The position numbers and the translations under genes are program-made. Shown here one piece after another: positions 8,005 to 18,468 of a DNA stretch of 64,000 bases. The notes below the pieces were generated by a model, which saw only the letters and a list, made by a program, of their open reading frames with translations, was not told where the DNA came from and made no database searches. This DNA comes from Candidatus Cloacimonadales bacterium. GTDB lineage: Bacteria; Cloacimonadota; Cloacimonadia; Cloacimonadales; JAIOQZ01. The first letter of the stretch is position 1. Each line of letters starts with the position of its first letter. Location of the stretch: assembly GCA_963674825.1 (NCBI GenBank), contig OY771587.1:448001-512000 (forward strand), read 5' to 3'.

Positions 8005-11000
8005 TCAGAAATCCTTACCGTCGTATTCGTAACCATCATCCATGGGGAGAACGATTTCGATGTCGTCACCGGCGTATTTGTTTGAGGGTCCCGGAAGCGC
8101 TTTCTGCTTACCGGGAGCAGCGACTCTCGGCTGACGGTCTTCGAAGCGTCTATTCATCGCCGCATTTCTCGACTTGGTTAGCGTGAATTCGTTAACCATG
8201 GCTCGCAGCTCCGAAGCCTGAGAGTTCAGCTCTTCAGCCGCGCTTGCAGATTCCTCGGCGTTCGCGGCGTTACCCTGCGTGACCTTATTCAGTTCACCAA
8301 CTGCAAGATTCACCTGGCGGATCCCCTTTGCCTGTTCATCGGACGATACCGAGATTTCCTTCACGATGTCGTTCACCTTCGAGAAGCTTGTCTGGATGTT
8401 GCCAAACGACTTCGTTACTTCTTCTACGATCTTCGCACCTTCTTCGGAGTTTTTAAGCGAGGTTTCGATCAATTCATCTGTATTCCTGGCCGCCTCAGCG
8501 CTACGCAACGCTAGGTTTTTCACCTCTTCCGCCACGACTGCAAAGCCCTTTCCGGCTTCACCGGCGTGAGCGGCTTCCACTGCGGCATTCAGGGCGAGAA
8601 GATTGGTTTGGAACGCTATATCGTTAATCGTTTTGATGATGTTACTGGTCTCGTGTGCCGACTGCGTGATCGAGGCCATGGCGCTATTCATGCGGAACAT
8701 CGCGTTATTGCCAGAATCAACATGCTTCAGGGACTCTTCCGAAAGCGACATTCCCTGTTTGGCACTCTCTGCGTTGTTCAGGGTAAGCGAGTTCATTTGC
8801 TCAAGACTGGCAGCGATTTCTTCCAGCGAACTTGCCTGCTCTGACGATCCCGACGCAAGCGACTGACTACCGTTCGCGATCTCACCCGATGCCGACGATA
8901 TCTGCTGTACCGCGCGATCAACCTGAGAAAGCGCGTCTTCCAGATTATCACCCGCGTTGTTGATATTCTGCTTGAACGTGTTGAGATCACCTTTGTAGTT
9001 GTTACGCACACGAGCCGTCATATTCTTGTTTGCCAACTCGTGCATAACCTCCATCGCCTCGTTGATCGGATTGATGACGGCATCGAAAAGGCTGTTGATA
9101 CCTTGGACCAGGTCTTTGTAAGCCCCATTGTGCTTATCGGGATTTACGCGCTTTTTCAGTTTGCCGTCAGTCGCGGAATGGACAAGTTCCTGCGCATCTG
9201 TGATCAACTGCCCAAGAGCGTTCTTGACTCCCACTACACTCTTATTGATCGCAATGAAGTTCTTGCTGGTCTGCTCGGTGTCCTCGTCCGGCTTGGCTAT
9301 CGTCGTCTCGAAATCAAGCCGACCTGCAGCGAGAAGCTCCAGACGATCAAGGAGCTTCTTTACTTCCACCTGCTGGTATGCGCCGATCTTTTCCGTCTTT
9401 CGTTGGGCTGCCTTGATCGCGGTCAAGTCCATCACGACTTCAAGCGCTCCGATGATTTCACCATCACGATCTCTTACCGGAAGGCCTCGATACTCAATGT
9501 CAAGGTCTCTGCCTTGCGGATGCGCTTTTGTCTCACTTGTATTGGCCTGTCCAGTCCGCATGCACTTGCCGAGTGCGCAGTTTTCATTCTGACAATCATC
9601 CGTTTTGAAGTGATCGTAGCATTTCAATCCAACGAGTTCCTTCTGCGTCTTCCCAAGGATTTCAGCTCCACTCTTGTTCATGAACTGGATATTGAAGCCC
9701 TTATCAACGATCATAAAGGGTGTAGGTGCCAGATCAATCAGCGTGATGATTGAATCCATGATCTGGTTGATGCCCTCGACGATTTTACGATAGTCACCTT
9801 GCTGTTTTGTCGCCTCCGCACGCATCAGTAGCCGTCCATTGATTCCGGCATCAACGAGCCCGTCGATATCAGCCATCAGCGTATTGAGTGTTCTGATACA
9901 CTGATTGAGGCTGTCCTTGATTCTATTGAAGTCCCCATGGTACGTATCGGTAATCTCCGGAGGAATATCTCCCTTCGCGATGTGATCGACGTAATCGAGT
10001 GTCATGACGATCGGATTGAAGAAGGCTTCAATGAGGTTGTTGATCTGGCTTGTCATATCCCTGAAATCGACGATCACAGATTCCGGACTGAGGCGTTGCC
10101 TGAGATCACCGTTTATAACAGAGGCAGCAACATCCCCGACCAGATCTGCGACCTTCTGAATACTGTCTGCTATCTTTTTCCCAAACCATATTGCAATGAA
10201 TAAAACGATGATGATGACCAGGACCATTATAATCAATATGTGCATCATTAGCTGATTAACCGGCTGATCTACCTCAGCCATATCGATTTCGGAAATGATC
10301 GCCCATTGAATACCGCTTGGCAAATCGATGAGCGAGTATGACGATAGAACGTATTCGTTCCTGTAATCCTTGATGATGAAGTCTTCCTCGCGGGTTGCGC
10401 CATCGTTTGTGCGCCCGGCCAATGCGCTTCTCGTTGCCTCGGTATCTACTTTGTTGCCTTGCTCCATCGAAGCCTTGACCGAGAAATTCACATTGTCCAG
10501 GAAGGAGTCGGATCTCATCATTTTATCCTGTCCGACGAGATAAGTCTCACCGGTTTCGCCCATTCCAACCCGTTCCTGCGTGATTTTATTAATAAGCCCC
10601 AGCGACACTTGCAGCGCCATGAAGCCGATCAGACGGGATTTGTTTTCAGGATCCATCATCGGAGCAGCAATGAAACACGCGACATCATTTGAAGGTGGGT
10701 ACCATTCGAAATCCGCCAGTGACGGCTTCCCTTTTCGTGCCTCCTCGACTGCCACCCGAAGCGCTCCATCCACCGGTTGACCCAAATCGCTCTCTTCTGC
10801 AACCGTAAACGCGACTTCGCCGCCCGGCGTTATGAAGAAGAAATCATAGTAGCCGTACGTCTCTATAAATTGCCGATATAATCCGGCATATTGACCCTTC
10901 AGATCAGCCCATCGAGGACCACCAACAACATGCCCTTCTTCTTCGAACGCGGAAATGAACTTCTTCCCAATCTCTTTCAAGGCAGGATTCGTGGAATTTA

Positions 11001-11196
11001 CTTCGAGATCGTGCATTCTCTCTTCAAAGAAGGTTACTACCTGTTCCTTACGGATCGACTGATTTGCATTCAGCATGCGGAAGGATTGCTGCCTGAGCTC
11101 ACCTTTACTCTGGTAGAATGAAATGATGCTGACAATGATCAAGGGAATGAGGCCAATCAATAGAAATCCAATGATCAGTTTCTTACGGATCGTCAT
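8005..11196 (-). CDS. Methyl-accepting chemotaxis protein (TM-Cache-TM-HAMPs-PAS-HAMP-MA)
   Basis: Signalling tip [33 protein letters not shown]; Cache-like GMGETGETYLVG; internal PAS domain; GGAG RBS before ATG at 11196. Confidence 0.93.
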   Translation of the reverse strand: MTIRKKLIIGFLLIGLIPLIIVSIISFYQSKGELRQQSFRMLNANQSIRKEQVVTFFEERMHDLEVNSTNPALKEIGKKFISAFEEEGHVVGGPRWADLKGQYAGLYRQFIETYGYYDFFFITPGGEVAFTVAEESDLGQPVDGALRVAVEEARKGKPSLADFEWYPPSNDVACFIAAPMMDPENKSRLIGFMALQVSLGLINKITQERVGMGETGETYLVGQDKMMRSDSFLDNVNFSVKASMEQGNKVDTEATRSALAGRTNDGATREEDFIIKDYRNEYVLSSYSLIDLPSGIQWAIISEIDMAEVDQPVNQLMMHILIIMVLVIIIVLFIAIWFGKKIADSIQKVADLVGDVAASVINGDLRQRLSPESVIVDFRDMTSQINNLIEAFFNPIVMTLDYVDHIAKGDIPPEITDTYHGDFNRIKDSLNQCIRTLNTLMADIDGLVDAGINGRLLMRAEATKQQGDYRKIVEGINQIMDSIITLIDLAPTPFMIVDKGFNIQFMNKSGAEILGKTQKELVGLKCYDHFKTDDCQNENCALGKCMRTGQANTSETKAHPQGRDLDIEYRGLPVRDRDGEIIGALEVVMDLTAIKAAQRKTEKIGAYQQVEVKKLLDRLELLAAGRLDFETTIAKPDEDTEQTSKNFIAINKSVVGVKNALGQLITDAQELVHSATDGKLKKRVNPDKHNGAYKDLVQGINSLFDAVINPINEAMEVMHELANKNMTARVRNNYKGDLNTFKQNINNAGDNLEDALSQVDRAVQQISSASGEIANGSQSLASGSSEQASSLEEIAASLEQMNSLTLNNAESAKQGMSLSEESLKHVDSGNNAMFRMNSAMASITQSAHETSNIIKTINDIAFQTNLLALNAAVEAAHAGEAGKGFAVVAEEVKNLALRSAEAARNTDELIETSLKNSEEGAKIVEEVTKSFGNIQTSFSKVNDIVKEISVSSDEQAKGIRQVNLAVGELNKVTQGNAANAEESASAAEELNSQASELRAMVNEFTLTKSRNAAMNRRFEDRQPRVAAPGKQKALPGPSNKYAGDDIEIVLPMDDGYEYDGKDF

Positions 11197-11744
11197 AATG
11201 TCTCCTTTCCAGTTCAACTCTGAATTTCTGTAGGGTTTTCAGATTCTTTTTTTGGCGTCTGCGCTGAGAGTTCCATTTTCTCCAGCAAGGTCAATTCAGA
11301 TTCGGCACCACATGACATGTTTCTTGATTGATGTGTCTTGATTATCCGTGCGTAAAATGCCTCCATGATTGGATATCATACAGTGTCAAAAAAAAAGGAG
11401 AACTGCCTGTATGGAAGGACATTGTGGCTAAATGAAATGCTGTCTGGAATCATGATGTCTCTTCGATCTACATCAATGATCTCTTTGGTTTTAAATGAAA
11501 AAGTTCGCTATATATTTAATGCAATAAATCCACCAATCTCACCCCAGACATTCGGTGGTAAAGCCTATCAATACGCTTCATCATAGATAATCAATGATCA
11601 ATTGTAATATCACCCCGGCATTACAATATTACTCGGTGTATCACAATATTCGTTGGTAGCACACCTCAAATCTCGTGATACATCCTATGAATTAAATTAA
11701 GCGAATACTTTGGAATGACAAATTATAATTGAATATCGATGCAG

Positions 11745-11772
11745 AAAAACCCGGCAGCAGAGGCCACCGGGT
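11745..11772 (-). terminator. Intrinsic terminator
   Basis: ACCCGG...CCGGGT stem with a T-run on the minus strand, just after the MCP stop. Confidence 0.65.
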
Positions 11773-11793
11773 CGTAATAAATCAGCGTTCTAA

Positions 11794-14490
11794 TCAGAAA
11801 TCCTTACCGTCGTCGTCGTAACCATCGTCCAAGGGGAGAACGATTTCGATGTCGTCGGCCGCATACTTGTTTGACGGTCCCGGAAGCGCTTTCTGCCTAC
11901 CGGGAGCAGCCAGCTCTGGTTGACCTTCTTCGAATCGTCTACTCATCGCGGTATTGCTCGAATTGGTGAGCTTGAACTCGTTGACCATCGAACGAAGCTC
12001 GGAAGCTTGAGAATTCAGCTCTTCAGCAGCGCTTGCAGATTCCTCGGCGTTGGCAGCATTACCTTGCGTGACCTTGTTCAGTTCACCAACAGCAAGACTA
12101 ACCTGGCGGATACCCTTAGCCTGCTCATCGGACGATACAGATATCTCTTTTACAATGTTGTTCACCTTCGAGAAGCTTGTCTGAATATTTCCGAACGACT
12201 GGGTTACTTCATCAACAATCTTCGAACCATCTTGAGAATTCTTGAGAGAAGTCTCAATCAGTTCATCCGTGTTCTTTGCAGCTTCAGCGCTGCGAAGTGC
12301 AAGGTTCTTTACCTCTTCCGCTACTACGGCAAAGCCTTTTCCTGCCTCCCCGGCATGAGCAGCTTCCACTGCGGCATTGAGAGCCAGAAGGTTGGTCTGG
12401 AAAGCAATATCGTTGATCGTCTTGATGATGTTACTGGTCTCATGGGCGGATTGAGTAATCGCAGCCATGGCGCTCGTCATTCTTGTCATTGCAGTATTAC
12501 CCGATTCTACGTGCTTCAGCGACTCCTCGGAGAGTGTCATTCCCTGACGTGAATTCTCTGCGTTGTTTAGCGTAAGTGAATTCATCTGCTCGAGACTGGA
12601 TGCGATTTCTTCCAGCGAGCTTGCCTGCTCCGAAGATCCCGACGCAAGTGATTGGCTGCCGTTGGCGATCTCACCGGAAGCAGAAGATATCTGTTGGACC
12701 GCACGATCCACCTGGGAAAGTGCGTCTTCCAGGTTATTCCCCGCGTTGTTGATGTTCTGCGTGAAGGTATTCAGATCGCCTCTATAAGTGCCACGTACCC
12801 GGGCTGTCATGTTCTTGTTCGCAAGCTCATGCATGACCGTCATTGCTTCGTTGATTGGGTTGATGATAGCGTCCATCAGTTTATTGATTCCACCTACCAT
12901 TTCGCGCCAGGAGTTCTTGAACTTTTTCTCTTCACCACGTGCTTTCAACTGGCCATCGGTTGCGGCTCTGATTAGGGTTCCTGTTTCTTTTAATAGCGAA
13001 TCCATGATGTTGATCATCTGATTCAGATTGCTGATGATGATGTTGAAATCGCCCTGGTATTTATCCTTGATGAGTGGTGGCAAATTGCCCTCGGATATGC
13101 GTTGCAGGTAGTCCGAAGTGAGATTGATTGGGGTTACAAAGGCAACGACGAGATCGTTGATTCCCACAATGAGTTCTTTCCACGAATTCTGGAATTGATT
13201 AGCCTTACCACGCACATCCAGCTTTCCAGCCTTGATAGCTGCTATCAACACATTCGTCTCTGCAAGCAGGCCATTAATGTTGCTAATACACAGGTTCACA
13301 CTGGTTTTGATCTTGTTGAAATCACCTTTGTATTCCTCTGTGATAAGCGGCGGCATATCACCCACGGAAATCCGCTGTATAAGATTGGTTGTCGTATTGA
13401 TCGGCTTGACAAATGCATCGACGATATGATTAATTCCCGAGATCATTTCTTTCCAGGAGTTTTCGAATTTTTCTTCGTTACCACGAACTGCAAGGTTGCC
13501 GTTAGTAGCTGCGTTGATCAGACTGTCCGTTTCTTTCAAAAGTCCGTTGATGATTCTGATCAGATTGTTGACGCTATTCTTCAAAGTATCGAAGTCTCCT
13601 CGAACTTCAGCAGTAATTTCCGGCGGAATATCCCCTTTGGCAATTTTATCAAGATATTCGAGGATGATCTTTATCGGTTCATGGAAGGCAACGATGATTT
13701 CGTTCACGCCAATGCTAATGGGCCTGAACTCGGGAGCAATCATCGATGTATCAACACGTTCTTTTAGCCTGCCATTGACAACATTGTCTGAAATGTTTGC
13801 AATTCCATCGATAACACCTTTAATGGCTTTTGTTACAGTAAAGTGAATGAAGAACGAAAGCCCGATCCATGCCAGAATACCGATAACCAGAAGCACCATG
13901 AAGAGACTTTGATTACTCGTGTAAATCGCTTGAGATTCAACCTTCACCGCTTGGGCATGATCCCACTCTTTCTGACCAAGAACATCGATAACATCACGCA
14001 TCGCCTCAAACTCAACAGCCGCTTGTCCCCGGCTGAGAGCTAAGGCTTCCTGATAGCTGGTTTCAGTCCTTTTCATCAGTACATTGGGGATACTTCTTGT
14101 CAGAGGTAGCCATTTCTCGCGATTCGATTCATATTCTCGAATCAATTCATTCTCCGTGGTAAGATCGAATACTTTTTTAAATTCCTGCCACCGCTCATCA
14201 GTCTGCTGAATATTCTCTTCCATGTCGGCAACAAAATTATTAAAAGCTTCAGTACCCGGTTCTTCTTGCAGTATCGATCGCTCGGCGACCAGAACCTGCT
14301 GCAAGTCTCGATCTATTTCTGACAGTAGATGAACGGAAGGAAGTATATTCTCCACTGTCTGCTTTACATTGCCATTGAGCGTATTATTTGCTCTTATGCT
14401 GAATATTGTAATGACGAGCATAAGAGCAAAAAGAAGCGTAAGGCCAATAAATGCTTTAACGCTCGATTTCAAATTAATGAAGAAATCCAT
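11794..14490 (-). CDS. Methyl-accepting chemotaxis protein (4HB sensor, poly-HAMP, MA)
   Basis: Same signalling tip; helical periplasmic domain; three roughly 90-aa repeats (I.xG.xPPxIT..xxGDFxxxK); AGGAGG RBS before ATG at 14490. Confidence 0.93.
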   Translation of the reverse strand: MDFFINLKSSVKAFIGLTLLFALMLVITIFSIRANNTLNGNVKQTVENILPSVHLLSEIDRDLQQVLVAERSILQEEPGTEAFNNFVADMEENIQQTDERWQEFKKVFDLTTENELIREYESNREKWLPLTRSIPNVLMKRTETSYQEALALSRGQAAVEFEAMRDVIDVLGQKEWDHAQAVKVESQAIYTSNQSLFMVLLVIGILAWIGLSFFIHFTVTKAIKGVIDGIANISDNVVNGRLKERVDTSMIAPEFRPISIGVNEIIVAFHEPIKIILEYLDKIAKGDIPPEITAEVRGDFDTLKNSVNNLIRIINGLLKETDSLINAATNGNLAVRGNEEKFENSWKEMISGINHIVDAFVKPINTTTNLIQRISVGDMPPLITEEYKGDFNKIKTSVNLCISNINGLLAETNVLIAAIKAGKLDVRGKANQFQNSWKELIVGINDLVVAFVTPINLTSDYLQRISEGNLPPLIKDKYQGDFNIIISNLNQMINIMDSLLKETGTLIRAATDGQLKARGEEKKFKNSWREMVGGINKLMDAIINPINEAMTVMHELANKNMTARVRGTYRGDLNTFTQNINNAGNNLEDALSQVDRAVQQISSASGEIANGSQSLASGSSEQASSLEEIASSLEQMNSLTLNNAENSRQGMTLSEESLKHVESGNTAMTRMTSAMAAITQSAHETSNIIKTINDIAFQTNLLALNAAVEAAHAGEAGKGFAVVAEEVKNLALRSAEAAKNTDELIETSLKNSQDGSKIVDEVTQSFGNIQTSFSKVNNIVKEISVSSDEQAKGIRQVSLAVGELNKVTQGNAANAEESASAAEELNSQASELRSMVNEFKLTNSSNTAMSRRFEEGQPELAAPGRQKALPGPSNKYAADDIEIVLPLDDGYDDDGKDF

Positions 14491-14683
14491 CTTTCCTCCT
14501 GGATTGTGTTCTTTCATTTAAATCTAATCCGATATTCTGTCAGGCACAGAATAATCGTGTATTCCCGCAAAGATTATTTTAAACACAACACAGCCTTAAA
14601 TGACGATGAAGCAATATATTAGCGACAAACTGACGAACCATATTCAGCCATGAGCACCATTCAGTATAGATTGATGATTCAAT

Positions 14684-14715
14684 AAAAAAAAGCCCGGAAA
14701 GTGATTTTCCCGGGC
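14684..14715 (-). terminator. Intrinsic terminator
   Basis: GCCCGG...CCGGGC stem followed by a T-run on the minus strand. Confidence 0.7.
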
Positions 14716-14736
14716 CTTGTTTATATTCCTGATTAT

Positions 14737-17601
14737 CTAGAAATCCAGCTCTCGTTCCTCTTCCCCATGTTCTTCGTCCATGGGAAGAAGAATCTCGATT
14801 TCTCCACTCGTATATTTGTCCTTTCCTGGACCTGGTAGTGATTTGAGGCTCGGAAGCGAAGAAACCTTACTCGGCCCAACTTCGAAACGTCTGTTCATTC
14901 CAACGTTCGCCATTGACTGGCTCAGCTTGAATTCTCCAACCATCGAACGCAATTCAGCGGATTGAGAATTGAGCTCTTCCGCTGCGCTTGCAGATTCCTC
15001 TGCATTCGCAGCATTACCCTGGGTAACCTTGTTCAGTTCGCCTACAGCAACATTCACTTGGCGAATTCCCTCCGCCTGCTCATCTGATGAAACAGAGACT
15101 TCCTTCACGATGTTGTTCACCTTCGAGAAGCTGGCCTTGATATCCTCGAACGCCTTTGTTACTTCGGAAACGATACGTGCACCTTCAAGCGAGTTGCGTA
15201 ACGAGGATTCGATAAGCTCATCCGTGTTCTTTGCTGCTTCGGCACTGCGGAGCGCGAGATTTTTAACCTCCTCAGCAACCACTGCAAAACCCTTACCGGC
15301 TTCGCCGGCATGGGCAGCTTCAACTGCCGCGTTCAGCGCCAGGAGATTCGTCTGGAATGCGATATCATTGATCGTCTTGATGATATTGCTGGTCTCTTTC
15401 GCGGATTTTGCGATTGCCTCCATTGCGTTGTTCATATGAGACATGGCATCGTTACCCTTCTTGACATGTACCAGCGATTCTTCGGAAAGCGCCATGCCCT
15501 GACGAGAGTTATCCGCATTATTGAGCGTAAGAGAGTTCATTTCTTCAAGGCTTGATGCTATCTCCTCCAGCGAACTCGCCTGCTGGGAAGATCCGGAAGC
15601 AAGTGACTGGCTTCCGTTGGATATCTCACCGGCTGCTGTAGATATCTGTTGGACAGCACGATCAACTTGGGTAAGGGCATCTTCGAGGTTGTCACCAGCG
15701 TTGTTGATGTTCTGCTTGAACTCATTCAAATCGCCCTTATAACTGCCCTTCACACGCATGGTGAGGTTCTTGTTTGCCAATTCGCGCATCACATCCATTG
15801 CTTCGTTAATCGGATTGATAATCGCATCGAGCAGATTGTTGATACCTCTCATCAGCGCTTGATACTCACCTTTGTGTTTATTGGCCTGAGCGCGTGTGCT
15901 CAGCTTGCCATCCAGCGCTGCCTTGACAAGCACCTGCGCATCCTCTGTCAGAAGGCCGATTGCCTTTTTAACCTGCGCCAAACTGCTATTGATCGCCTCA
16001 AACCTGCTTCCAGTCTCATAGGTATCCTTATCTGTTGCAGCAATGCCGGTCTCGAACTGGAGGTTCCCATCCGCGAGATTTTGAAGACGATTCACCAGCT
16101 TCCCCACTTCTTCCTTCTGATAGGCAGTTATCTTATTGGAAAGCCGTTGCGCATTCTTGATATCTGTTTGATCTATGACCACTTCAAGTGCTCCATTGAT
16201 CTGACCATTACGATCACGAATAGGAACCCCCTCATATTTGATATCCAGATCCAATCCACCTGGATGCGCATCTGTCTCAGCGCTTTGCATCTGTCCCGTC
16301 TTCATGGCTCTGCTGAGAGCGCAGCGCTCGGTGTTGCAATCGCCCGTTTTGAACTGCTCATAGCATTTTTTACCCACGAGCTCACTCTGGCTCTTATTTA
16401 CAACATTAGCGCCAGTCTTGTTCATGAACTGAATATTGAACTGTTTATCGACGATCATAAAAGGACAAGGCGCACTATCGACCAGCATAACAATACGATC
16501 GATCGTATCATTAAGCCCAATGACGATATCTCTGTAACTTCCCTGATGCGCATCGGCGTTGGCACGCTCTAACAGACGACCGTCAACTGCGGCCGAAACA
16601 AGGCCTTCGACATCTGCCATCAGTTTGTTGAGAGTATCGATACATTGGTTCAGATTATCCTTTGTGACATTGAAATCACCGTGATATGTCGCCGTGATCC
16701 TTTCAGGGATATCGCCCTTCGAGATCCGCTCAATATAGTCTGCCGTCTCTTTGATTGGTTTGATGAAAGCCTCGATCAGTTCGTTTGCGTTTTCGACGAT
16801 CCCCCGAAAATCGATCGTTGTGGCATCCGGGTCACCCCGGCTATCAAGCCGACCCTGTTGTACATCGTGAGAAAGTGATGCAAATTGACGCACGATACCC
16901 TTGATCTGCCCCATGATTTTTCGAGGCAAAATCACAGAAATGAGTATGCCCAGAGCAATACCGAACGCCGACATAAAAATGATCAATATCATGGAATGAT
17001 GACTGTTCGCAACGCTCTCTTCTACCATGATATGAGTATTCCCGGTGTTTGTTTCCGTCAACTCGGTGAACGTATTACCCATTGCGTTGGATATAGGTAT
17101 CATGCGATCGATTGCTACCTGATATTGTGCATAGAGCCCTGCACGTTCCTCATCATTTGAGCTGTTCGCAAGTTGCAGTATTGTGCCGTCCAGTTCCTCA
17201 TAAACATCACGCCAGGCTTTGTACTGACCTTCAAGCTTTGCCATCAAGTCCCGCCCCTTCTGGGTTGCGCGAGGTATTTGCTTCAGCTCAGCCATGGCTG
17301 CATCCACTGCTTCCCAGCTCTTCTCCCGTTGTTTCTGAATGTTGCGAACATACGCCACGGCAGCCGACTGCTCCATTTTCTGTGAGAGCCAGACATCGAG
17401 CGTTTGCGCTCTGATGCTCATATGCTCCGTATTGAGCACGCCGATCAGTTGCATGTCTGGAATGCGATGGTGCCCGATGTTCTCCAGTTCAGTGCCAAGC
17501 ATCTCAAGCGAAGTGAAGCTCTCCAGTGAAATCGCTCCCACCACGATCAGCATGAGAATGAATACAGTGATTAAAATTGTCCCGATTGATAGTTTCTTCA
17601 T
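14737..17601 (-). CDS. Methyl-accepting chemotaxis protein (4HB sensor, HAMPs, PAS, MA)
   Basis: Same signalling tip; two TM helices; Cys-containing PAS domain. Confidence 0.93.
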   Translation of the reverse strand: MKKLSIGTILITVFILMLIVVGAISLESFTSLEMLGTELENIGHHRIPDMQLIGVLNTEHMSIRAQTLDVWLSQKMEQSAAVAYVRNIQKQREKSWEAVDAAMAELKQIPRATQKGRDLMAKLEGQYKAWRDVYEELDGTILQLANSSNDEERAGLYAQYQVAIDRMIPISNAMGNTFTELTETNTGNTHIMVEESVANSHHSMILIIFMSAFGIALGILISVILPRKIMGQIKGIVRQFASLSHDVQQGRLDSRGDPDATTIDFRGIVENANELIEAFIKPIKETADYIERISKGDIPERITATYHGDFNVTKDNLNQCIDTLNKLMADVEGLVSAAVDGRLLERANADAHQGSYRDIVIGLNDTIDRIVMLVDSAPCPFMIVDKQFNIQFMNKTGANVVNKSQSELVGKKCYEQFKTGDCNTERCALSRAMKTGQMQSAETDAHPGGLDLDIKYEGVPIRDRNGQINGALEVVIDQTDIKNAQRLSNKITAYQKEEVGKLVNRLQNLADGNLQFETGIAATDKDTYETGSRFEAINSSLAQVKKAIGLLTEDAQVLVKAALDGKLSTRAQANKHKGEYQALMRGINNLLDAIINPINEAMDVMRELANKNLTMRVKGSYKGDLNEFKQNINNAGDNLEDALTQVDRAVQQISTAAGEISNGSQSLASGSSQQASSLEEIASSLEEMNSLTLNNADNSRQGMALSEESLVHVKKGNDAMSHMNNAMEAIAKSAKETSNIIKTINDIAFQTNLLALNAAVEAAHAGEAGKGFAVVAEEVKNLALRSAEAAKNTDELIESSLRNSLEGARIVSEVTKAFEDIKASFSKVNNIVKEVSVSSDEQAEGIRQVNVAVGELNKVTQGNAANAEESASAAEELNSQSAELRSMVGEFKLSQSMANVGMNRRFEVGPSKVSSLPSLKSLPGPGKDKYTSGEIEILLPMDEEHGEEERELDF

Positions 17602-17653
17602 GATTGTTCTCCCCCATCATGTAAGATACGCCATACGGCTATTAGGTGTTGCG

Positions 17654-18157
17654 TTAATGAGCCTTCTGCAGATTTTTCATCTTCAGCAGTTCCTCTTTCG
17701 AAAGGATGTTGTCCGTATCCAGAAGCGTTATAACCTTGCCTTTTACCTTTGCCATGCCCTCTACATACCGGTTTTCGATTCCGGTCCCAACAGAAGGAAG
17801 TTCATCTACCTGGTTGTTGTGAATGTCGATAACTTCCAGCACATTATCGACAATGATCCCCATTACGACTTCGCCGTCATTGATGTGGGCTTTGATGATA
17901 ATAATACTGGTTCTGTCGTCATACTCCCGTACCGGCAGTGTAAGTCGCATCCGTAAATCCATGACCGGTATGATCCTTCCACTTCGGTTGATCACACCTT
18001 TGATGTAATGCGGCGTTTGAGGAATCGGAGTGATTTCAGGAATTGCAATGATCTGGATGATGTTTTCGACGTGAATCCCGTATGGTTGCTGTTGAAGGAG
18101 AAAGGTCAAATACTTGTTGTGTTCCTGTTTAGAACCTTGTCCATATTGATTATCCAT
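17654..18157 (-). CDS. cheW: Chemotaxis coupling protein CheW
   Basis: KYLTF...YGIHV...ITPIPQTPHYIKGVINRSGRIIPVMDLR...GIIVDNVLEV. Confidence 0.93.
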   Translation of the reverse strand: MDNQYGQGSKQEHNKYLTFLLQQQPYGIHVENIIQIIAIPEITPIPQTPHYIKGVINRSGRIIPVMDLRMRLTLPVREYDDRTSIIIIKAHINDGEVVMGIIVDNVLEVIDIHNNQVDELPSVGTGIENRYVEGMAKVKGKVITLLDTDNILSKEELLKMKNLQKAH

Positions 18158-18367
18158 GTAGCCTCCTGAGTCAATTTCCCTATATAGCTAAAATGAAAAT
18201 TTTTTCGGGTAAATTGTTGATCAAGTAGCGCAAAACGAATTTAAAGGTCGATAATCAGTTACGAATCCTATCAGTTTTCATGAACAAATCTTTTCCCAAC
18301 ATCAGCATAAGCTACAAGAAGATACTATCGTGATAGCGAAAAGCAAACTATAAATATTATTTATATG

Positions 18368-18395
18368 ATATCGGCATAATTGCATTGTATTATTA
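18368..18395 (-). promoter_or_regulatory. Putative sigma28 (FliA/SigD)-type promoter of cheW-mcp
   Basis: TAAT-N16-GCCGATAT on the minus strand; the consensus is TAAA-N15/16-GCCGATAW. Confidence 0.5.
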
Positions 18396-18422
18396 ATATT
18401 TCAATCTCATCTTAATAAATGA

Positions 18423-18456
18423 ACACGGCTCGATATCAATAGATATGGAGCCGTGT
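18423..18456 (-). terminator. Terminator hairpin after the GNAT gene
   Basis: ACACGGCTC...GAGCCGTGT inverted repeat just past the stop codon. Confidence 0.6.
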
Positions 18457-18468
18457 CTCTGATAACCG

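Noticed and set aside
11197..11790. c-di-GMP or other riboswitch upstream of the MCP genes (also 57455-58080)
   Set aside because: No GEMM-type or other aptamer consensus was recognised by eye; an Rfam scan is needed to exclude it fully.
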